Positions 54,020-64,000 of a stretch of 64,000 nucleotides of DNA are shown in pieces. The DNA is from Azolla caroliniana (lineage: Eukaryota > Plantae > Polypodiophyta). The DNA lies in the NCBI GenBank assembly GCA_043228905.1, contig JBHGNT010000015.1:2232001-2296000 (forward strand), in the 5' to 3' direction. Every line of letters starts with the position of its first letter. Position 1 is the first letter of the stretch. A program made the translations under genes and the position numbers. The notes under the pieces were generated by a model. That model had not been told where the DNA came from. It saw only the letters and a program-made list of their open reading frames with translations, and made no database searches.

Positions 54020-54556
54020 GTATTGTTCCTAGAACGCAACCGAGAAATTTCCGATTGATCATTCCTTATAGAGGAAGATAGAACAACAAGATACAAGAAT
54101 CATTAACTTACTTGGAGGTTCTCCAAATTGTAATCAATGACAATATTTACACCTAGAAGGTCTAGGTTCATTGAAAGAATCTGGATCTCTGTCCGTAGTT
54201 GTATTTTTCGATGAAGATCCAACGGCTCGTCAATTTCGAGCTCATGTTGAGCAACCTATTCCAGATAATGCCACACTAAGCACATTTTCATGTATAACTT
54301 ATTTATAACATGTTACATACTAGCAAAACAATAACTACCTGAATCTTATTTCTGATTGTTGTCATAGCCAAAGTGACTTTTCTCTCCATCGCAGCAACCA
54401 ATGTTGCTCTCTCTAAATCAGACTTTGCTGCCTCTAATGTCTCACAGGCTTCATGGACATTTTTCAGCTTATAGCTAATCAATGTCTCACTTGTATCATC
54501 TGACAGGAACTATGCGAAATAATCTTCAGCCACAACCGGGACTTAGATCACTTCGA

Positions 54557-54789
54557 TGATAATCAAACACAGAAAGATAAGAAATGAAAGTAGGTACACA
54601 AACAGAAGAGAATGCACAGGATGTTAACATGGAAAACCCTAAACGGGAAAAACCACGGGAGTCCCCAAACTCCAACTATCACTATGTAGAGAAGAATACA
54701 ACAGATGAACACAAAGGCCATGACCTCTTGCTCTCAATCTTCGCCTGGCGGCGGTTACAACAAAGACTCACACTGTCTCTCTCTCTCCC
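54557..54789 (-). mobile_element. Partial Copia-type LTR
   Basis: Contains the GGAAAACCCT....GGGAAAAACCACGG motif common in plant Copia LTRs. Truncated against the LINE. Confidence 0.45.
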
Positions 54790-55805
54790 GAATTTATGAG
54801 AAGGTTATATGCTGTGTGCGCATGAGAGATAAACTTTTAGATTTTTTCAAAAGCACTATTGGTGTTAAGCAAGGATGCCCACTCTCACCAACACTATTTG
54901 GTCTATGCATTGATGAATTGGAAGAAATGGTTGCCAAGTTTGCAAAGGAAGAATGTGTTGAAGAAGTTGCCATTGGGAATGTTGTGATTATGCTTTTGCT
55001 ATATGCAGATGATGTAGTGCTTTTTGCAAATACTTTAGGAGATGCGCAAAAGCTTATGAAGGCATTGGAAAATTTTTGCATGCATACTAAATTAAGTGTC
55101 AATAGCTCTAAAACAAAGATTATGCTTGTGAAGAGCCAAAAAAGAGATAAACCATGCATTATGTACAACAATGAGCCACTTGAATGTGTGGAAAGCTTCA
55201 AATATCTTGGCCTTGAAGTTCCTTCAAATCATAGATGGAATGAATGTGCTACACGCCGCTTAGAGGCGGGCAAGCGAGCATACTATGCATTTGAGAACAC
55301 ATGCAATCTTGGAGATATTAAGTGTTGGGTCCTCAAGAAATATCTTTTCGACACTTTGGTGACACTGGTTCTTCTCTATGGGGTGGAAGTATGGGGCGGT
55401 AGCATCCCTAAATCTATGTGGAAAGAGTTTGAAAATGTCCAAAAGCATTTTCTTACCAAGTTTCTACAAGTTAAGAAACAAACGCCCTACACCCTCCTCG
55501 TCCTTGAGATGGGATCGCTTCCCATTGAGATCATGGCCATGGAAAGGGTTGTTGAATACATGCTTAAGGTTCAAAAATGTCCCTCACATCGACTTCCTAG
55601 AATTGCGTGGGAAGCAAGCAAAAAGATCCAAAAGACGCATAAAAGCAAAATTTTGTGTTCCAGTTGGATGCAAGATATAGAAAAATGGTTTGGTAGATGG
55701 GATGCGAGACACTTGCTTCATGATGCATCATTAGATTCCTCTGTAAATGAGGCATTTTTGTAAAGCCAATGTGTCATGACATGGGACAAATGTGGAGGCT
55801 CACGC
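54790..55805 (+). mobile_element. Non-LTR retrotransposon (LINE, RTE/RTEX-like) RT fragment
   Basis: GVKQGCPLSPTLF, LLYADD, NSSKTKIM, FKYLG, LLYGVEVWG. The 5' end is truncated and the 3' end is interrupted by the LTR at 55806. Confidence 0.88.
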
Positions 55806-58800
55806 TGTCGTGAAGATTTTCGGCAATAGTGTGAAAATCCCATAAAACGTACAAAATCGAGTATGAATCATGTAATACAATAATTGTGAAGATAACATTT
55901 TTAATATCTAAGTACAAAATGATGGAGGTTTCGAATGCACTTTATTACACGAGAAATGGACAACTAAATGTCAAGATATGAGGGTATAAAGTTTGTGAAA
56001 AGAAAAGAGAAAATTGTGAGATATCCCACATAGGCACGACAAATACGGCTCTCATCATATATAAGCTGGAGCAAAAGATATTATCTTTGTGTGTCTATGT
56101 GTGGAGCATAGAGAGTTCAAGGTAACTTGATCTTAGAGTGGAGGTGGCTAGCTACTTGAAAAGGGTTTTGGCCAACCAAAACCGGACTGGCGATGGAGCC
56201 GGTGATCCGACGGCATCCGACCGGTATCCGGCGGCGGCATGCGGCACCGGTGTCCGGCGTCGGCGTCGGTATCCGGCGAACCGGCGACTAGATAAAATAA
56301 ATATATAAAAATATATACATATTTACATATAAAAGGAGGGCAAGTATGGGTTCGAACCTTGCACCTCCAAGTTAGGAGTCAAATGGCTTACCATTAAGCC
56401 ATAGTATTTAATTAAAATTATATTTCTATCATTGTACTTTTACATGTAAATTCTCATCCATGAGTGCTAAAATGAGTGACATGGTTAGCATGCACCACAT
56501 GTAATACTTAAGCGCCAAATGGTAAACATGCAATTTATGCATGTCTTGTACCCTCACATGCATCATATGCATGAGAGCATCTATAAAAGAGGGAAGGGGG
56601 AGGAGAAAAACACGGTTTTTTTTTATGAAAATTAAGAACAAGAAATTCGTTATCAAATCAATTGTGTAATCTCATCTTCTCTCTTTCCCAATCTATCTTA
56701 AGTGCTTTCTCGCCAAAGCTTGTATCGACTCTAAATCCTTCTGGTCCAGAACCCCGGCGGTTCCGCCTCACGATCCGCGCGTAGTGACGGATCTTCACGA
56801 CATAATTAAGTGGTGGACCCGACGTGAAAGAGGCGGTAGGAAGGATCAAGTCGAGATTAATACTTGGAGATGGCGTCCTCAAGCAACCAAGCAGGAGAGC
56901 TCGAAAGGATGATGCTAATCGTCGAGCAAATGATGAGATCTCGGGACAACGACGTGAGCGTGGAGAAGGCTGTCGATCGTGTCGTAGAGCTCGAGGGCCA
57001 ATTCGATGGAAGGAATGTTACGAAGTTCCTTGATGCATATAAGAGGGAGATGAATCAAAGGGACGTGTCCGAGGCACGTCAAATCGCAAGCTTCAAGAGA
57101 GTTGTCGCCAACAACATCCAAAGACGCGTCATCGAGCTTCAAGAAGGAAAGACAACATGGTCCGAGTTCGAGAAAACGATACTAGCGGAGTTCGTGACTG
57201 AAGACTCAACGAGGATGACTCGACATGCCCTGATGAAGTGGATAGAGAAGAAGAATAAGAAGATGAGCGTCTCGAGGGTGTACGACGAATTCGACCAGAT
57301 GTTTAGTCGTCTCCCCAATACGGACCAAGTGTTGCTTGAAGAGGACAAGACTTTGTACTTCTTGAAGGCCGTGGACATAAAGGATAGACGGGAGTTGGGG
57401 ACTCTTCTCGAAGATGATACCCAAGCAAATGGGCTCGTAGCGGACTGGATCGCGGTGAAGCGGGCATGCAATAGGCTCGACAAGCGTCGCCAATAGGTTG
57501 ATGACACCGACTTGACGGGACCGACTACCACGGAGAAAGCAAGACCGCCGAAAGTAGCTGAGCTGCCGAGACAAAGTAACGTGGAAGAAAAGAAGATTGA
57601 TGACGACATCATTGAAGAGCTAGCGAAGAAGTTCGAGAAGGTCACGCTAGCCAACATGAATCGTCGGGGCCCTAAAGGAAAAGAACCCTTTAGATGCGTG
57701 TGGTGCGATAGCATGGACCACATGAGAAGGGATTGTGCGAGCCTTCGAGAGGCGATTCGACAAAATATCGTATACATAGAGGACAACATGATCTGCTCAA
57801 GCGAGACTAGAAGACCCCTATGGGTGAATTTCGGAAGAGGAGGAATGAAGAGATCTATGGAGGATGCTGATGCGACTCATGTGGATGCGATGCACTATGC
57901 TGCGTTGGCCGGAATAAGAGTCGGGAAAGACAAGGCTGAAGCTGCTCGAGCGGGAGCAAAGTTTTGGACTTCCGTTCTCGAATATGAGAAGAAGGGAAAA
58001 ATCACATTGAACGAGGTAGAGCTTGCGGACCGAAGCGTGCAAAGCATAACCGGGTGGTCGGATCCGGTGGACGACAACACCATACTTGCAGAGGTGATGT
58101 GCGACAACCACGAGGTGTTCGTCGAAGAAAAGAGAAAGAGAATAGAAGAGCAAGGCCCATCAAAAAGACATGAAACAAGGAACGCGAAAAAGAAGGACGA
58201 TTCGGAGACGAGTCGACCTTTACAAACGGAGGAACGAGAGTCAAGCCGAAAAGGGGTGCCGAGCATACGAGTTGAAGAAACGGTTCGGCCCGTGAAGGTT
58301 GGTGTCGAAGACCCCACTCGGAGGACAAGGACTATACCTACCTATAAGCTAAGGTCGGACATAGAGCAGACGACGGACCTAAAGAAGATTCTCGAAGAAC
58401 GATTTCTTGATAGCCACGTAACTTTGTCCTTGAGGGAATTGCTTGGCATTACGAAGAAGGAGTTCCATGACACAATCGTGGACCTTGTAAAGAGAAAGAG
58501 ACAACAATCGGACGAGGACGAAGAGAAGCCGTAGAAAGCAAAAACGAATGCCATAACGATGGCAAGAGACGAAATCGATGAAGATATGGTGGACAGCCAC
58601 TACACTCGACCTCATTGGGCACGAGCGACAACGGAGACGCCGGTGAAGATCGGGGAGAAGAAAGAGACCGTCGTAGCCTTGATCGACCACGGCTCGGAGA
58701 TCAACCTCATGTCAACCGACTTCTACAAAAAGGGAAGATGGCCAATCAATACAAACCACGGATGGAAGATTCGCGCGGCAACAAAGTCTACGGAGGACTT

Positions 58801-61800
58801 GTACGGAGCTTGTCCCAATGTCAAAGTCACCATCGGGGATGTGGAGATGGATCAACACTTCTTCGTACAAGAATCGGCGTCGCATCCTGTCATCCTAGGG
58901 CAACCTTATATCACATCATCGCGGATGGAGACCAAAGTGTTCGATAATGGAGCAGCCTTCGCACGAATAAAGAGTCTTGACAACCAAAGATCGGTCCAAT
59001 TCCTAACGGTGCGAGCCAATCATGAAAGGAATCGAGATAGTCTCGGAGGCGAATCCTCGGATTTTTAGAGCGGACTATTGAAGCATGGGGCACAAATAGT
59101 CCGAGCAATCACAAGACCCCACAAGAAAGAAGAGTGCGTGGATTGCGAGGAGAAGCAACATGTGTCACACCTAGTGGCGCATGTAAACTAGTACTACCCG
59201 ACAAGAAGCACAAGCACCGGATACAAGAATTCGAGAAGATGCTGAAAGAAGAGAACATAATAGAAGAAGGGGAGTTCGTGACTCATATTATGGAAGAAGC
59301 CTCATTTAACGACACCATCGGCGAAATCGAGGACGTCGTGGACTTGAGCTATCTTCACAACCAATGCATGATTTCGGTTAACTCCGTCAACATGTACGCT
59401 ATCATCGATGAATACCGTCGTGGCATCTCGATGAAGGAAGCTGACATCAACACGAAATATAAAACGGTGGATAAGAAGATCAAGCCAGTTGCGGTTCCGC
59501 TACCGGAAGATAGCTGGCAAAAGATGAAGGAAGTCGCTAACGATCCAAGCTTAAGAGATCCGAAGAAGATAGGTCATGACTTCACCAAAGAGACGAAGGG
59601 GAAGCTACGAGTTGGAAAGGAGGATTTCCTTCTCCCTGAAGAGGAGCGAATGTTTTGCAATATGCTTGAGAGACATGGGAAGGCTTTCGCATTCTTCCCA
59701 CGAGAAATCAGATGCGCCGACCCAAAGGTTATAGAGCCAATGGTGATCTTCACGGTGCCTCATGTGCCTTGGAACTTGAAACCGATACCGGTTCCGAGAG
59801 CACACCTTCCGAAGCTGATCGAGCTCTTAAAGGAGAAGGTGAGTATGGGAATTCTAGAACCGTCGAATGCTCCTTATTCCAATAGGTGGTTCACGGTGCC
59901 GAAGAAGAATGGATCATTGTGATTCATCCAAGATCTTCAACCCGTCAACAAGGTGACAATTCGAAATGCCGGAATCGGTCCGAGCGTGGACGAATTTGCC
60001 GAAGCGTTTGCGGGCCGGTCCATCTACTCCATTGGCGATCTCTACTCCGGATATGACCAATTCCAATTGGCGATCGACAGTCGGGACATTACAACCATGA
60101 GGACTCCGATCGGGCTTGTGCGGATGTGTACCTTACCCCAAGGCGCAACGAACTCGGTGGCTCATATGGTGAATGCCATGAATAAAGTCTTGAAGGATTG
60201 CATTCCGGACATCACGATGCCATTCTTGGATGATATTCCGATAAAAGGATGTTCGGATGAGGAGAAAGATGAATCGAAAGATAAGGAAGGTTGTAGAAAG
60301 TTCGTTGCGGATCATATGAAAGATTGCTAGAAGGTGCTTCAAAGGCTCGAAGATACGAATTTGACATTTTCGGGAGAAAAATCCGCATTCGGGCAACCAG
60401 AGATCTTGGTGGTAGGTCACTTGTCTGGAGGATACGGCCGGAAGCCCTCGCCATCCAAAGTGAACGCAATCCAAGACATGAAAGAAGAATGCGAAAACCA
60501 AACGGAGGTTCGAAGGTTCCTTGGAGCGTGCGCGTTTTATCATATATGGATTCCTCACTACGCTCATGTCGCCGAACCGTTATATGGACTACTAAAGAAA
60601 AGAATAAAGTTCGAATGGCGAGACGAGCACACAGAGGCGATGCGAAGATTAAAGAAACTGCTTCTTGAAGCTCCAACACTAAGGAAGGCCGACTATGCCG
60701 AAGGGAAACCAATTTATGTGACCGTAGATACGAGCCCAACCGGAATCGGGTGGGTCATCAATCAAGAAGGTGAAGATAATGCGCGATATGCCGTCCGGTT
60801 CGGAGCAAAGGTTCTCAGCGAACGGCAACAAAGATATGCCCAAGTCAAGCGGGAACTTTGGGGTATTGTGTCGGCAATGAAGACGGACAAAGATTACTTG
60901 ATCGGATCAGAAGTGATAATAGAGACAGATTGTCTCCCAATTCTCAGAATGGTCTCGGGATGTGCGACCCCAGATCTTGCTATGCTAAGGTGGATCGCCT
61001 ACATCAAGTCTTTAAACCCAGAGATCCGTCACATCGCAGGGAAGAAGAACGCCATGGCTGACATGCTGTCGAGGGCAAGATTTTCAAATGGAAGTAACAT
61101 GGTTTCGGAAGATGAAGATGTCGCCCTCGACTTCTTCAAGATGGCTCGATTGTCGGCGGAAGACCAGGACACGCAAACCCTCCACGCCTTCAACGAGAAC
61201 GAGTACGAAGGAGAATGGTTACTCATTGGTAGATTCCTAAGAACATTGACGACAGATGCTTCGTTGACAAAGGAGGAGGCCCTACGAATCCGAAAGAAAG
61301 CTTACCGATACTTCTTGAAGGGAGGATTCCTTTGGCGACATCCAAAAAGAAGGACAGGAATACCACGTCGAGTGGTGGTAAAGAAAGAAGAGCAAGAGAG
61401 GCTGATGACCGAATTCCACGAGAGTGCTTGGGCAGGTCATAGAGGAACATGGGCGACGTTCGAAAAGTTGAAGGAGAAGTACTGGTGGCCAAGCATGTAC
61501 AAAGATGTACTTCATTTCGTGTCCACATGCGAAACTTGCCAAGTATATTCAAATATACGTCATCGTGATGAGTTAAAGCCGACATACCCACTCACCATAC
61601 ACTTCAAATGGATGGTGGATCTGGTCTCGATGCCAATGGGAGTGGGACAAATGAAGTACCTAGCGCTAGCAAGGGAAGACTTGACAAATCAAGTGGAAGG
61701 ACGAGCCTTGACAAACAAGACGACTTCAGCCGTTTGCAAATTTCTACTTGAAGATGTTGTTTGCCGATATGGATGTGTAGGGAAGATAGTGGCCGACCGA

Positions 61801-62372
61801 GGGGAGTTGGACGCGCACGAAGCGACGGAGCTCTTCGAAAGACTAGGCGTGAAGCTCTCCCTCACGACTGCCTACAATCCGGAAGCAAATGGGAAGATCG
61901 AGCGAGGGCATGGACCTATCGTTAAAGCCATCGTACGGGCATGCAACGGTCGGGTCGGGAATTGGCCACGACTATTACCCTATGCCTTGTGGGCCGATAG
62001 AACGACACATAGCTCGGTGATAGGGTATATGCCGACAGAGCTTATGTATGGACAGAAGCCAATTATGCCCATCGAAAGGACGATCGCCTCATGGGTAGCG
62101 ATACCGTGGGAGAACGAGATGAGTCAAGAAGAGTTATTAGCGGCGCGGATAAGGCAACTTGAAAGAAGACCTGAAGATTTAGAAAAAGCGCGAAAGATGA
62201 TGAAGGCAGCCCGAGTAAAGAACAAAGTTCGGTTCGACAACACGCATCGACTTCGTCCCAAGAAGATTGAAGAAGGGGATTGGGTTTTGGTTTACGACAG
62301 CACCCTTGACAATCAACATAGTACAACAAGGAAGTTCGCAAGAAGATGGTTCGGGCCGTATGTGGTGACAAG
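55806..62372 (+). mobile_element. Non-chromovirus Ty3/gypsy (Phygy/Selgy-like), tRNA-Trp primed, interrupted by a Copia at 62373
   Basis: 5' LTR 55806-56802 with a 12-bp perfect terminal inverted repeat (TGTCGTGAAGAT/ATCTTCACGACA). PBS TGGTGGACCCGACGTGA at 56811-56827. ORF1 gag-PR (CVWCDSMDHMRRDC, LIDHGSEIN) ends at 59068. ORF2 RT (FLDDI), RNase H and INT lie in the -1 frame. A few nonsense stops (57496, 58534, 59922, 60330). Confidence 0.9.
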
Positions 62373-62545
62373 TGTCGAATACATGTGTATAATGGACGTA
62401 TTCACACTATCCCGTTTTGGCCATTTATGTAAATTATCATAAAGGGTAGTTGCCCTAAGTCGGTCACTATATATAGTGACCTTGTAACCTTTTTGTAAGG
62501 TTGGGTGTTGTATTATTGCTTTATGGAATAAGAAGTATTTTTGTG

Positions 62546-62576
<31 letters not shown>

Positions 62577-64000
62577 AACGACCTACAATCTGTCATACGC
62601 AGGTACTCAACAGCAATCGAATGCTTCTTGATCTTCCGCATCGACACGACCTCTGTCTACAACATCTGGTATCAGAGCCTGCACAGTAGTTGGTCCTTCA
62701 ATCCGCTGTCGGCCGTCGTCTCAGCATTCGGTTTCCTGCGTCATTCGAAGAAGAGAGAAGAAGAAGAAAAACGAGGCTTGCATCTCTTCGCGTTAGATCC
62801 TCTTCGCTTGGGGTAAGCCAGCCGGTTGTACTCCGTTCCCTGTGATCGCAACGCTCGAGGTGAAATCCCCTTGTGCAACATTGACACGATCGTGCTCCAC
62901 TCGGTTAAACGGCATCCGAAGAGGTCAACAAACGCCGCTCGTTGTAACCACTCGGTGCAGATCGGTCTCAAGACAACAACCCCAATTCGCGCTTCATCCG
63001 GTTGATCGACATTCGGGAGGATCAGTTGGATTTGTCTCTCTCGTCGCTGCAGCCACCCGAAGCAGAATCGGTCCAGATAATCGGTTTCAATAATCGGTAT
63101 TCGGCATATATATCCGAAGCGAACCGGGCTCACTCCGACTCGGCAACATTCGGGAAGACCAGTCGGTTCTGTCCCTCAAGTTACCGGAGTCAATTCGAGC
63201 AAGTTCCGAAGCCGAACCGACTCGGGTTCAAATCCGACTAGAACGATATCGGGTGAGCCAACCGGCTGCACTCCAACAAGGTTCGTAGTCAACTCCGAAC
63301 CGAGCTTCGTCAACCGAAACCGAATTTGATGGCATCAACATCCGGCTCGTCAGAAATGAGTCTACGAAAGTTCGATGGATCGAACTTCAACTTCTGGAAG
63401 GAGCAAATGCAGGACTATCTCATAGTCAAGGGGCAAATCGATCCCATCGAAAATGAAGAACCTCCAGAAGGATACAAACCAATTGAGTGGCAGAAGCTGG
63501 ACAGAATCGTCCGCGCCACGATTCGGATGCACCTATCGGAATCGGTATACTTTACGGTGCAATCGTGTACGACAACATTCGAACTGTGGAAAACACTGTC
63601 GGACACTTACGAAAAGAAGGTCGCCGCAACGAAGATGTTTCTGATCCGGCGCCTCTACAACTTGCGGATGAAAGAATCCGATTCGGTTCAAGCACACCTC
63701 AATGAGTACGAAAGCATAAGCTCCCAAATCTCGTCACAGGGGACGACAATCGAGGATGAACTCAGAGCAATGATACTCATGAGCAGCCTTCCCTCATCAT
63801 GGGAAACTTTCGTCACAACCGTGTGCAACGCGTCAACCACGGCTGTTAAATACTCCGAAGTCACGAGCGCAATCCTGACCGAAGCAGCTCGGAGAAAGTC
63901 TTTCGCCAAAGACTCAACAGACGACGCTTATGTAGTACAAGGTTCGACAGACCGATCGAACATACGAGGAAGAGATTCCTCACGGCCGCCGAACAATCAG
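62373..64000 (+). mobile_element. 5' part of a Ty1/copia element (Tork/Tnt1-like gag) running off the window end
   Basis: LTR 62373-62664 (TG..CA). tRNA-iMet PBS at 62667-62678. It interrupts the Gypsy integrase right after GPYVVT. Confidence 0.9.
63329..64000 (+). CDS. Copia gag N-terminus (open to the window end)
   Basis: MASTSGSSEMSLRKFDGSNFNFWKEQMQDYL..WQKLDR..LYNLRMKE..LMSSLPSSWETFV, with no stop in 224 codons. Confidence 0.9.
   Translation, partial: MASTSGSSEMSLRKFDGSNFNFWKEQMQDYLIVKGQIDPIENEEPPEGYKPIEWQKLDRIVRATIRMHLSESVYFTVQSCTTTFELWKTLSDTYEKKVAATKMFLIRRLYNLRMKESDSVQAHLNEYESISSQISSQGTTIEDELRAMILMSSLPSSWETFVTTVCNASTTAVKYSEVTSAILTEAARRKSFAKDSTDDAYVVQGSTDRSNIRGRDSSRPPNNQ

Larger units (their letters stand above)
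44647..54555 (-). pseudogene. Spliced RING-H2-finger gene convergent with the transposase, split by a Gypsy insertion and now degenerate
   Basis: Exon 47293-46964 encodes CIAC-x17-CQHTYHIVC-x10-CLGDC. A phase-1 GT-AG intron (46963-45415) joins in frame to ESRGLRRLYEVSS.. Further exon-like segments with GT/AG sites lie at ~54020-54555, beyond the GTATT TSD. Stops and frameshifts are present. Confidence 0.6.

Noticed and set aside
54164-54186. UPE-box-like sulfur-response motif AGGTTCATTGAA
   Set aside because: It is an imperfect match, lies inside TE-derived sequence and is 30 kb from the LSU-like gene, so it is likely chance.
54705-54789. N-terminus of the 352-aa ORF as part of the LINE protein
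   Set aside because: The first ~28 codons come from the adjacent LTR fragment. RT homology starts at about 54790.
56341-56405. Functional tRNA genes here and at 40588-40650 and 35918-35985
   Set aside because: The acceptor and T stems do not pair. Only the promoter boxes and partial arms remain, so they are reported as tRNA-derived modules.
57139-61591. Several 100-216-aa minus-strand ORFs over the Gypsy gag-pol (similar ones lie over 12103-15816)
   Set aside because: They are antisense shadows of the retroelement coding frames, with no independent motifs.

Overview
Eukaryotic land-plant nuclear DNA. A fern or other non-seed vascular plant is inferred from the TE lineages, the long TE-filled introns and the (TATG)n arrays. 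Bases ~3.4-34.7 kb form a gene island with a 2-exon dynein light chain LC8-family gene (+), an 8-exon MATE/DTX transporter (-), tRNA-Lys(UUU) (-), an intronless coiled-coil gene with an LSU-like motif (+) and a 4-exon group I bZIP gene (-). Intron 6 of the MATE gene holds a young, intact Ty1/copia element with apparently identical 633-bp LTRs and a CAACT TSD. Both flanks are nested transposons. Left flank: Gypsy inside Copia, next to a ~100-bp mitochondrial rrn26-like fragment. Right 29 kb: Copia LTR, a Tcn1-like chromovirus with a solo LTR, a Sola2-like DNA transposon remnant, a second chromovirus, a LINE fragment, a tRNA-Trp-primed non-chromovirus Gypsy and another Copia. The most unusual features are: (1) a Sola2-like transposase facing a spliced RING-H2 gene whose intron is ~50 copies of the palindrome TAGCTAATTAGCTA separated by recurring spacers, some of them inverted; (2) tRNA-derived A/B-box modules inside the LTRs of different Gypsy lineages; (3) a heat-shock-element cluster in one LTR; (4) two candidate -1 ribosomal frameshift signals. 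All calls come from reading the sequence by eye; no searches were run.
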